Assembly (NCBI RefSeq): GCF_001194135.2
Contig: NC_068988.1
Span: forward strand, 33,394,560-33,458,559
Length of the DNA: 64,000 nt
Direction of reading: 5' to 3'
Source of the DNA: Octopus bimaculoides
Taxonomy: Eukaryota
Shown one piece after another: positions 52,842-64,000 of this stretch. Positions within the stretch are counted from its first letter, which is position 1; every line of letters starts with the position of its first letter. Position numbers and translations under genes: made by a program. The notes under the pieces are model-generated. The model did no database searches. It had not been told where the DNA came from and saw nothing but the letters and a program-made list of their open reading frames with translations.

Positions 52842-53299
52842 TTCACGAATTATTTCGAGAGCTTTATGTAATTTAAAGATTGTACTTCAGCTTGAATAAC
52901 TTGATATAGACTCCCTTGAGCTTTATACTTTGAACTATCTTGCATGCTATAGTTTCTTTGTAAGAAATAAAAATCATAATTGATCACATATAACTGTGGC
53001 TATGCATTCAATGATTTGCAAAAAATATTCACATTATAATGTAATTTGCTCCTAAGGGAGAATCAAACACCCGGCAATTGTTTTCTTCTATAAAATAGAA
53101 TAGATAATTTATAGAAATTATGAATGAATTACACAAAAAATTGTTATCACACAAGGAAATAAGATCGATGTTATTTGGCACAGCAACATGTATAGATGTC
53201 AGAGTGTCATGAAAAACTTAGCGGAGAATGTTAATCACGAATAGGTCTCCCTACTAACTGACTATACTTATTAATAGTACAGGTATTCTAATTTTTAAA

Positions 53300-53960
53300 A
53301 CATATTTCTCCCTTTTTCGTTGAGAATCGCATAAAAATATCGCTCAGTTTTTTTTTCCTTCGCCACCTAGAAATAAATTTTGTTTCAATAGGAATTTTTT
53401 TACGTATCGTAGTCAGAACACCATCTTGATAAAATTTATAGGCGGAGCTTAGAGGACTTCCAATGCAAATTGACTGTAAAGAAATTTGGGGGAAGCACCG
53501 CCACATTCGTACAAATATACTACGCAACGCCTCCAGTCTTTTTACGGATGTCATGGAAAAGCCGTAAACCAAAACTATCCACCACAGTCTGAGTATGTTG
53601 CCATACTCGAAGCACCAATTGTGAACATTCCAAGTATCTAGTTGCTAAATTGTGAAGTAAGTTAAGTCATAGTTTCTTCGATATTTCCTGTATCCTTAAG
53701 GATATGATCGTAATTATTCCTAATGCAGCGGACAATTTTCTCTTGGATTTTCGATATCTCAGAACCCTGACTTCTGAAGACCACGTGGTCATTTTTTACG
53801 TGAGCTCACTGTCCGCTATGCTCCTTATAGTATCATAACGGATATGTCATCTATGAATGTCATATTCTTGGACACCTCAGCTGTTTCCTTCCCACCTCAA
53901 GTTGTATGTTTATGGCCGCCACAAATAGCAAAACAGGAATGTTGCACCCTGCCGTAATGC
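53300..53960 (-). mobile_element. CR1/L2-like LINE RT relic
   Basis: RQGA, IPVLLFVAAIN and KNMTFIDDI resemble PQG, P.LF...IND and FADD in the expected order. TSVKRLEALR resembles the thumb-region I..LE.VQ. Confidence 0.55.
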
Positions 53961-54614
53961 TAATTCCCAATCTCAGCTATTTAGTCGGTAGTACATTCCT
54001 TTGTTCGATCTACTTCTACTACTATCATTATACTACCCATCCTTCACATCTGCAGACTGAATTGCAAACTAGGTCGAACATCATCACAAATACCTCCATC
54101 CCCATAAAATTACCAATACTTCCTCTCTTTCAGTCGCTTACTCCTTCATCCCACCAAAAACACACAGAAATACCCACATAACTCAATCAACCAGCTCACT
54201 AATCAAAAGGATATGCAACCCTCATTAATTTTATATCGCCAGAAGAAAAGCCATGAAGATGATCTACGCGATGCCCACGGATGCTGTAGATAATACTATA
54301 ATCATCCCAGGGATAACGACTGTGGTCTTAAGAGCCACCTGACTTGTGGAAACGCGCTTAGCGATGCAGTAAAATGTTTATAAATTCTATCCAAGGATTA
54401 TTGTTATCATTATTATATTCATCCTACATTATATCGGTAAAGCGCGATGCGGCCCCAAAAACTTGTTCACTACTCACTGTCATTAAACTATTGCCGGCAT
54501 AATGAAACAGGAGCTTTATTTGCGCATTGAAAACGTTTCCTTATAACAAATTTGAAAGATATATATGTGTGTTTGTGTTTGTGTGTGTGTGTGTGTTTGT
54601 GTGTGTGTGGGTGT

Positions 54615-54652
<38 letters not shown>

Positions 54653-54710
54653 GTGTGTGTGTGTGTGTGTGGATACATATACGAATATATTAATATTTAA
54701 CGCAGAAGTA

Positions 54711-54926
54711 ACAGGGTGATTCAAGTTGCGAGACTTTCATGCGTTGGCACTTATCAAACTAGTTACAGGTCGAAGAGTTATGAACTTATATAGCTGGCGA
54801 TAAATATATTTTCTTCTGGATTGTTCTAGATATTTATCGCCAGCTATATATACTCACAGTCCTTCGACCTGTAACTAGTTCGATAAGTGCCAACACACAA
54901 ATCTCATGGACCTTGAGTCACTCTGT
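54711..54926. mobile_element. 216-bp hairpin MITE with about 97-bp TIRs and Tc1/mariner-like CAG(G/A)GTG termini
   Basis: The arms share gttggcacttatc(a/g)aactagttacaggtcgaag and tatatagctggcgataaatat almost perfectly. Loop about 20 nt. Confidence 0.92.
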
Positions 54927-55049
54927 TCCTTCAGTTAAATAAATATTAGTGAGAATACTAGCTGGACCCGTGAAAAATTCACGGAAAACATAAAAATGTA
55001 AGCATCTGTAAACAGTACACTGCTGCCATGAGAAATGATTGTATATTAT

Positions 55050-55200
55050 AACCGTCTGTCTTTACATTCTGAGTTCAAATTCTGCCGAGGTTGACTTTAC
55101 TTGTCGTTCTTTGGGGCTCGCTAAATTAAGTACCAGTTGTGCACTGGAGTCAACCTAATCAACTGGCTCCCTCCCCACAACAATTTCAGGCCTAGAAAAG
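55050..55200 (+). mobile_element. Family A SINE (5'-truncated)
   Basis: ttctgagttcaaattctgccgaggttgacttt...aagtaccagttgtgcactggagtc...ccctcccc matches 49225-49350. Confidence 0.85.
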
Positions 55201-55367
55201 TATATTGTGACAGTTAGAGACTGTAGAAAGTAATGTAACACGAAGACTATATAAACCAACCACAATAGCACAGTTACACAAACGCAAACGGAATTACTAT
55301 TTTAACCTTAGAATACATCGTACATATTGAATACATTCTTAGTTTAGTGGTACGAAACGTTTTTTCT

Positions 55368-55600
55368 AGTACTCTTTTATTCTTTTACTTCTTTCAGTCA
55401 TTTGACAGCGGCCATGCTAGAGCACCACCCTTTAGTCAAGAAATTGATCCCTGGACTTATTCCATGTAAGCCTGGTGCTTATTGTGCTGAACAGCTAAAT
55501 TACAGAGACGCAAATGCACCAACATCGGAGTGAAGCAATGGTGGTGATGGGATAAACACAGACATAAATACACATACATACATACATACATGCATGCATG
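55368..55600 (-). mobile_element. Family B SINE 3' half
   Basis: ttcagtcatttgacagcggccatgctagagcacc...gacttattccatgtaagcctggtgcttatt is the reverse complement of the 52490-52610 type tail. Confidence 0.8.
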
Positions 55601-55952
55601 CATACATACATACTTACATGATAGGCTTGGTGGTAGCGGTGATGCTGGCTGGTGCGATTTTGTGGTTTGCTGATATGCCGAGAGAGGCCCAGCGGGCCAC
55701 ACATACATGCACCCATATAGGAAAACACATACCTACAGAGAGAGGCTGACAGTGTCAGGTAGTCCACGACGAAGTTTTCACGTCCCCCCTCTCTCTCTCT
55801 CCTCTTACCTGTTGCTTTGCCACTGATTGGAATTGTTTAAGTTGTCCTCAAAAGTGAAATTGCCATCCAATATTTGCCATAAGTATTTACTGATTTAAGT
55901 ATCACTGTCTCTCTCTCACTCTCTCACCTGTAATATATTATACATGATATAG

Positions 55953-56085
<133 letters not shown>

Positions 56086-56802
56086 ACATTTATAAACGGG
56101 GAGAGTACGCCTGGTATTAGTATTGCAGAATATAGTTAAAAATCACAAAGTATTTTATGCCATTTGAAAAAGGCAAAATGAAGATATACGAATAAATATT
56201 AATTTTGTTTCTTTAAATTGATTATTAATTCGATATTTAGGGTGAAATGCACTTACATCAAGAGTTAAGCGGACGATATGCGCCTCAGATTTATATAACA
56301 TTCGAAGCGTGAGTGACGTTGTACAACTTCTATTAAATTGTACAATCTATAGAGTTCGTACAGGACATTTCGGTTATTCAATAGCACCTCAACATTCATA
56401 CGCGCACACACACCTGCACAAAAAATAAGAATTTAGATAGAATCGGGTACTAGAGAAGATACGCAATGGTTGTGTGGTATAAACCTGTTATCACTACCTA
56501 TCGCTGATAAATAGTAAATACGATATTCCTATTCCAGTTTTGCACAGAAGATAAAACCAACTCCATAAGTATTTAGCGCCCAGGACCTGGTCCAAAGTAC
56601 ACGTTACGTTGATTGTATACTCCAGAGCCTCCCGCATGTCGTAAATCCCTACTATAATGGAATGAATATTAACAGAAGGTGGATAATTGTAAGCCAACCG
56701 TCCATAGTCTGTTATCATATATTTTATTGCACATATATATATAAAGAGAGAGGGAGAGAGAGAAATAAATCGATAGATAGGTAGATAGATAGATAGAGAG
56801 AG

Positions 56803-56841
<39 letters not shown>

Positions 56842-56897
56842 CCCTATATTTTATCATTTATCATTTAATTGTTTCAGTGAATAGTAGCAATTTTTTT

Positions 56898-57230
56898 GGC
56901 TGTGCTAAGAAGTTTGCTTTTCAACCTAAAGGTTCCGGGATCACTCTCATCGCGTGATGTCGTGCATCTCGGGATGACCAATACCTCGCGAATAAATTTG
57001 GTAAATGGCAAACTGGAAGAAATCTTTTGATTCTATGTGTGCGTGAGCAGGTTCGTGTATGTGTGTGTTCTTGTGTATGTGTCACCCTCCACGAGCGGAA
57101 GACAACACGTATTGGTGTGTTTTTGTCACCATAATCTATCCCTTAGGCAAACGACAACCAATATTAAAAAATAAAACTGGGGTCAATTCGTACTACTAAA
57201 TATTTTCCATGCGGTACTCAAGCATGACAG
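56898..57230 (+). mobile_element. Family B SINE, highly diverged
   Basis: Head ggctgtgctaagaagtttgcttttcaacc...ggttccggg, atttggtaaatggcaaactggaagaa, internal TG tract and tail ctggggtcaattcg. Confidence 0.6.
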
Positions 57231-57596
57231 TAATGTAAAATCTGGAATGGGTAAAATATAAAATACAAACACACACAGACACACACACACACACACAGAC
57301 ACACACACACACACACAGACACACACACACACACACATATACACACAACACACACGCACACATATATGTATGTATGCATGTGTGTATACATATATGTCAT
57401 ACTTTTATATATACATATATATGCATATAGATTACACATATATAAGCACACACATACACATACATATACATANNNNNNNNNNNNNNNNNNNNNNNNNNNN
57501 NNNNNNNNNNNNNNNNNNNNNNNNNNNNNNNNNNNNNNNNNNNNNNNNNNNNNNNNNNNNNNNNNNNNNNNNNNNNNNNNNNNNNNNNNNNNNNNN

Positions 57597-57633
<37 letters not shown>

Positions 57634-58389
57634 GAGAATATACAAATAATAACAACAGACGAGGACAGGTGGTGTAAATAACAAAATGATATATACATTT
57701 ATATAGAGAGATACATACAGATATATATATATAATTTATGTATGTGTGTATATATACATGTATATTCAGACATACATACATGCTTTACACATATGCATAC
57801 TATATAAACACTCACATACACATAGTCGTTATTTATGATATGATCTCGTAGGAATATATTCGTCTCCAGTATATTTTTTTCAAATGTCTGTTCTTAGTAA
57901 AACCTATTTTGACGTTTATATCCTTCATTTTTCTCTGTAGCAATGGCCATTCTAACAGCTTCTGAATATATATTATTATTATTATTTTTAGTTTTATCTA
58001 TTCCCTTCCACCTCATAAAATATATATTTGTTTCTAATCACGAAATGTAACTTTTATTTCTTCGACTTAATGAGGCAAAACATTTTATAGTATTTTAACA
58101 GAATCATTGGAAACCACATATGCGATAGGAAATTCGATATTAATTTTATTCAAGTAACAATGTCTTACCATCATCTGCATTACATGACACAATATTTTTA
58201 AGTTATATTTTTTTAAATAATTTCCATACTAATGATACACACAAACATATACACGCATACACACACTCAAACACACATGCATATGCAGTTCATAAATGCA
58301 CAGTTTTATATCTATCTGTCTAGCTATTTATCTATGCACTTATACATACAAATTTGGGTTATACACATATATTTACATATAGTCTGTGT

Positions 58390-58990
58390 GCATATATAAA
58401 GGAATACAAAATATGGGACTAGAACGCCAAACATCAAGACAATTAGATGGTACAAAAAAAGGGATAAGAGAAAACAAGGACGAGTCATTCGGAGTTTTCT
58501 TTTCTCAGTCGAGTTCCAGATTATCTTTGTAATTTTCGCTGGTTATACTCGAGATTGCTCCAATCTGGTCAGCCCCAAGGAAAAACTAAGCTAAGAGCAC
58601 TAGATTCCTTGGAAGAAAGCAGCGAATGTATACGAAAAGAAGAACGGAAAGGAAAACGGAAGAATGTTCGACTAAGGACGAATTAAATTAAGCTGGCGTG
58701 TTTGGAAGTGAAGTCTTACTACAGGGACATCTGGGATGACAGGCATGGGGAGAAATATAGATGTTGCACGGATGGTAGTCGAACCAAGATAGAAAGGTCA
58801 GGCTTGGCCGAACACCGGTCACGTAGATAGAGGACAGTAGTAGAGGCAGAGGAATAGAAGAATTACATAGGGACGAGACAAAAGGAAAGGGACAGAGTGA
58901 GGTGAAAGAGGAGGAAAGGTGCGAATGAAGAGAAGGCCAGGAAATGTGAGAGTGGGGAATGGTTTTGTACGTGTACATACATATACACAT
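58390..58990 (-). mobile_element. Probable Penelope-like element 3' region/pLTR
   Basis: The minus strand gives FYLGS followed by HPCNI in a shifted frame, resembling the GIY-YIG tail IF.LG...P.GLN. The adjacent non-coding block is one I recall as an octopus Penelope-associated repeat; this is unverified. Confidence 0.45.
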
Positions 58991-59544
58991 ATATGTATAT
59001 AGATATAAGCCTGAATATTTTTCAGTGTGCGCTTTATGTATTATATGGTAATAGTGGCGGTGACAGCTACAGCAGCAGTATTAGCAATAACAGTAGCATT
59101 AATACTTGTAGTAGCAGTAGCATCAGCAGCAACCATGGTGTTTACATATATACGCACATAACGAAAAATTAATTGTGAAGATACCTGCATGGAATTTATT
59201 TTCTTTCTTTCACACAATCTGTATAACAATTCAATAATATAATTCCAAGACTCATTGTGAGTTCCTACGTAGAGCCATCTGGCTTGCAAGTCCTCAGTCA
59301 AACTGTCCAAACCCGTCTGTGCATTTGTCCAGTTATATCTGTCATCTGCTCAACTCAATGTATTTCTTTGTTCCTATCTCTGTCTCTGCATAAGTATTAC
59401 ATGCACGCGCGCGCGCACATGCACACACACACACTCACACGCACAGGTATATATATAATAGAATATTATAATATAGTATAATATATGCGATATGATATAA
59501 ATTTATAATGTAATAAAATATAACATAATATGATATAATTTTTG

Positions 59545-59790
59545 TTTTCACAGTCCTGTTCTTACTGTTTTTACTTTCTTATTCTCACTGTCCTGTTCTT
59601 GTTAACACTTTCACCTTCCGCAAAAAATTCCAAATTTTATTTAATTTGCTTTGCGGGAAGGACTGTTCCAACGAAGTTGCGTAGTGTCCTTGCCTTCGAA
59701 ACGCGGAGTAGATGGAACAGGGACAACTGACGAAGTGTTATACTCTTTATGTCGTATGTCGTGTTTCTCTGTTTTTATTTGTTTTCGTTG
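59545..59790 (+). mobile_element. Probable Penelope-like pLTR fragment with hammerhead-type motifs
   Basis: Contains cttcGAAACGCGgaGTA (59694-59710), CTGACGAAG (59727-59735) and complementary ctgttcca/tggaacag. Truncated by a gap. Confidence 0.5.
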
Positions 59791-61103
59791 NNNNNNNNNN
59801 NNNNNNNNNNNNNNNNNNNNNNNNNNNNNNNNNNNNNNNNNNNNNNNNNNNNNNNNNNNNNNNNNNNNNNNNNNNNNNNNNNNNNNNNNNNNNNNNNNNN
59901 NNNNNNNNNNNNNNNNNNNNNNNNNNNNNNNNNNNNNNNNNNNNNNNNNNNNNNNNNNNNNNNNNNNNNNNNNNNNNNNNNNNNNNNNNNNNNNNNNNNN
60001 NNNNNNNNNNNNNNNNNNNNNNNNNNNNNNNNNNNNNNNNNNNNNNNNNNNNNNNNNNNNNNNNNNNNNNNNNNNNNNNNNNNNNNNNNNNNNNNNNNNN
60101 NNNNNNNNNNNNNNNNNNNNNNNNNNNNNNNNNNNNNNNNNNNNNNNNNNNNNNNNNNNNNNNNNNNNNNNNNNNNNNNNNNNNNNNNNNNNNNNNNNNN
60201 NNNNNNNNNNNNNNNNNNNNNNNNNNNNNNNNNNNNNNNNNNNNNNNNNNNNNNNNNNTATATGTATATATATATTTATATATATATATATGATACTTTT
60301 GCTATTATGTAGTACGATATAATGTAATATAATAGAGTATATATATATACGTAAACGTTGAACGATGAAAATGAGTGTTCAATACTGCATGGGGGATAAC
60401 ACTTTCTATTTTGTGAATAAAGGCTACCATTGTTTTCCTGTTAAGAAAAGTTGGAGAATATCTTAGTGTCCTAACAATTTTTCCAGCCGATCACATAGGA
60501 AAAGGATTTCGCCTCCATTTTCGAGGCTCGTTATTCAGAAACACTACGATCTTTTCGATTGATATGCACAGGCACCTTACAGGTCAGTTGCAGTACACAC
60601 AACCTTGGTTCATCGTGAGTGTGATGTCATTCATCTGTTGACTTTTCAAAAGGTACCACGTTGTTTTATTTGCGTTTTGCTTATTTCTATGGCAATTCTA
60701 CTTTGTAATTGTAACGTCTTACACTTCACCAATTAAGATATGCTGAAAAATTCTTCACATATAAACAACAAAATCAAAAATAAAAGTAAAGTAAATTTAT
60801 CAAATAAAATGTGACAATAAAAAATAAAACGTAATAAAACTTTGCTAAATAAACCCTAAAAGATTCATGCAACCAGAAAAGTATCTATCACTTAAGAATT
60901 CGATTAAAGGCGAGTTGTCTCTCCTGCCTCTGAATTTTTGTTGTTTTAAAACTCAGTGTTGTGAGGGCGTCGTCGCCAATGCCATATGGCGGAGATCCCG
61001 CGGCAATCCAGTGGCGATCAGACGAATGAACAAAAAAATGTACATCTGCGTCAGTATCTGCGTCAGTAAAGTTTATTGCACTATCATAACTGAATTATGT
61101 ATG

Positions 61104-61153
<50 letters not shown>

Positions 61154-61311
61154 NNNNNNNNNNNNNNNNNNNNNNNNNNNNNNNNNNNNNNNNNNNNNNN
61201 NNNNNNNNNNNNNNNNNNNNNNNNNNNNNNNNNNNNNNNNNNNNNNNNNNNNNNNNNNNNNNNNNNNNNNNNNNNNNNNNNNNNNNNNNNNNNNNNNNNN
61301 NNNNNNNNNNN

Positions 61312-61343
<32 letters not shown>

Positions 61344-61428
61344 CCTCTCTCTGTCTCACTCGTTTTCTCAGTTTCTCTCTTCCTCCTCCTCCCCCCCCTC
61401 TCTCTCTCTCTCTCTCTCTGCATATATA

Positions 61429-61622
61429 CAGTAATACCTCACTTAACGATGACTCGCTTTACGAGACCCCTTGTTTATGTATCTACACAGCGACAGAGTA
61501 AAATGACAATTTAAAATTTCATTGTCAGTATGGCAATATGGGAAATTATTACTTGATTTACAAGTTTTCGCTTTACGAGTGATCTCCACGAAAATATTAA
61601 CTCGTATATCGAGGCATTACTG
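61429..61622. mobile_element. Pogo/Tigger-type MITE with TA target duplication
   Basis: TA|cagtaatacctc...gaggcattactg|TA, with tcgctttacgag repeated internally (about 61454 and 61568). Confidence 0.88.
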
Positions 61623-61654
61623 TATATATATATGTGTGTGTGAGTATTTCGTGC

Positions 61655-61697
<43 letters not shown>

Positions 61698-61957
61698 TAT
61701 CTGTGTGCGTGTGTGTGTATTATGCCAAGGCTCTTGCTCTATTGTAGTATGGGTATCCCTATCACGTGTTTAACTGCAAAATTTTGTGGAGATTAATACA
61801 GACAATACAATCTGACAGAATTCCCTCAGCTGTAAAATGAAATCATAGTTAAATATGAATAACGTAATAATAAAACCGTCTAATCAGTTTACATGTTCCA
61901 TTGACATGTGTTCATGTATGTATATGCATTTGTATTATACATACATACATACATATA

Positions 61958-62025
<68 letters not shown>

Positions 62026-62854
62026 TATGCATATGTATATAGGTATGTATGTGCGTGTGCATATGAGTGTTTATGTATGTGTCTGAGAAATATCTGCTCT
62101 AGTGTAGTCAGTGATATTGAAAAATGGAACAAGAATAAGATAAACCTATACATATTAGTGTTGTACTATATATACATATAGGCAAAAGCTATGCATGGGT
62201 ATACATTTGTACAGATCAATGTATGTACACATGTATACATGCGCACGCATATGTGTATGTTCTATGTGACACATTCTACCAGTATCCGAAGTTTCAAAGT
62301 GTTCAGTTTTAAAAAAAAAACTAATAAAAAACATGTTGGTCAGATTGAAAAGATCCAAAAAGAAATTCAGAAGGCGTAAAGAGAAGAAAAAAATACAAGA
62401 GGCAAGAGGAGAAGTAAACTATAAAAACGAGAAGAGAAAGAAGGAGAAAGAAGGCAGAAAAGGAGGGAAAAGGAGAAGAAAGGAAGAAGAGAAGACGAAA
62501 AGGAAAGAGAAAGTTATAGAGAGAGGCAAAGTAACAACGTAAGGGTTGATAGAAAACAAGGTATGAAATAACAACAATAGGAGTAAGCAGAGTGGTCAAA
62601 AATGTTCAAAAAAGTTCATGTTTAATGCCTTCTTTTAATGCCTCTTTCTTCGAACCAGTACGTCAGGTCTCTATAGAACCATTTCATACCAAAATGACCA
62701 CATTGAAGAATTGCATTCGTTCTTTCTTGATCTACTTAATTTTTCTTTCCTCTCCTTTCAATTTTTTGTTGTGTGTGTATGTATATATGCTTTAATATAT
62801 CTATATGTGTGCTTGTGCTTCTCTGCGTGTGTGTATGTTGGTTACATGACGAGT

Positions 62855-63140
62855 GTTCCAGGTGATCCGATCAGCGGAACGCTTCGCTCGTGAGATTAAC
62901 ATGCAAGTGACCGAGCACTCCACAAAAACGTTTCCCTTAACGTTGTCATTATAGAGATTCAGGCATGACAAGGTTGCTGCTTTGAAATACATGTACTACA
63001 CAGTTTTACTACCTGGGTGGACTGGAGCAACTGGAAATAAATTGTCTTGTGGAAAGCAAAGACATAACGCGCCGCCAAGTATCGAAATCTCTATCTTACA
63101 ATCGTGATCAAAGTACCGTAACCACTAATCCATGCTTCTA
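62855..63140 (-). mobile_element. tRNA-derived SINE, family C
   Basis: The minus strand begins with a tRNA-like head (gcatggattagtggtttacggtac...gatttcgatacttggcggcgcgtt), then a conserved-looking core (tttatttccagttgctccagtccacccag) and a tail ending ...gatcggatcacctggaac. Confidence 0.75.
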
Positions 63141-63643
63141 TACTAGATTCTAACAACAAAGGCAAAATTGTTAATGCATATGTGTTAACAATCAACACTC
63201 AGAAGCTAAAAATTTCCACCCACAACTGTTAAACCTTTCAACCTATTTTAGTACTAGTTAACGAAAATTTCCTGGCTATGAGACATAAAATACAATCGAA
63301 AAAAAAGACGAAATAAATAATGGTAAATAAATACACTAGATAACGATCCTAAACTCAGAAAATGCATCCGGTCCCTGTGCAATATAGAGCTTCCTATCAG
63401 AAGATCCCGAATTCCACTTCAAAGAGGGTACTTTTTTCAAAATGCAAGCAATTTTTCTTTGTAATTCAAACAATTAGAAATTTTTACTGTTAAAATTTTA
63501 CATGAAATCATTTTCAATGTAAAAACCTAAATCTAAATTTGTATCGTTGTTTTCACTAGATTTATTAAAATAAATATATAAAATTCATGTGCATTTTCAG
63601 CCCATCCCTATTATTTTTTCATATAAATTAATAGATATATATA

Positions 63644-63678
<35 letters not shown>

Positions 63679-64000
63679 NNNNNNNNNNNNNNNNNNNNNN
63701 NNNNNNNNNNNNNNNNNNNNNNNNNNNNNNNNNNNNNNNNNNNNNNNNNNNNNNNNNNATATACATATATCTATACAACTGCACGCAAACACATACACAT
63801 ATACAGACATTCATGCACACACATCTATGTATAAATAGAAAGATAAATAGACTGATACATACATACATATATATGTGTGTGTGTGTGTGTGTGTACACGT
63901 ATGCATGTATAGCAATTATGAAATACCCCAGCCATAAATCGAATACAGAATGACGAAAATATTACAGATAATATTCCGATGCTAAAGAAAGACAAAATGA

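Noticed and set aside
9284-55890. Further splice-flanked mini-exons (for example about 9284-9330 on +, 13390-13460 on +, 43755-43820 on +, 55808-55888 on -)
   Set aside because: Weak donor or acceptor, or unrecognisable peptides; their abundance shows the chance background for such calls is high.

Overview
This is eukaryotic, AT-rich, repeat-dense DNA from a gapped short-read assembly, with 13 N-gaps totalling about 4.4 kb, most of them next to microsatellites. The SINE, LINE and Tc1/mariner families resemble those I recall from octopus (coleoid cephalopod) genomes; that assignment is inference. I found no intact protein-coding gene, rRNA, true tRNA or CRISPR array, and nearly all ORFs in the supplied track are microsatellite or N artefacts. 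The window is a transposon graveyard: a near full-length but broken R4/Dong-like (RLE-type) non-LTR retrotransposon, further fragments of that clade, RTE and CR1-like LINE relics, Penelope-like pieces, five Tc1/mariner relics, four hairpin/MITE elements and many tRNA-derived SINEs. The best leads are: (1) a head-to-tail stack at 26.2-31.7 kb of three different R4/Dong 3' ends plus a 540-bp non-coding unit, each bounded by (TAA)n-type arrays; (2) two otherwise unrelated foldback elements sharing GCACAT...ATGTGC termini, one carrying telomeric (CCCTAA)n; (3) a hammerhead-like motif set at about 59.7 kb; (4) several perfect short palindromes, three at TE relics. A few splice-flanked candidate exons exist but are not distinguishable from chance. 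I cannot claim a definite new biological system.
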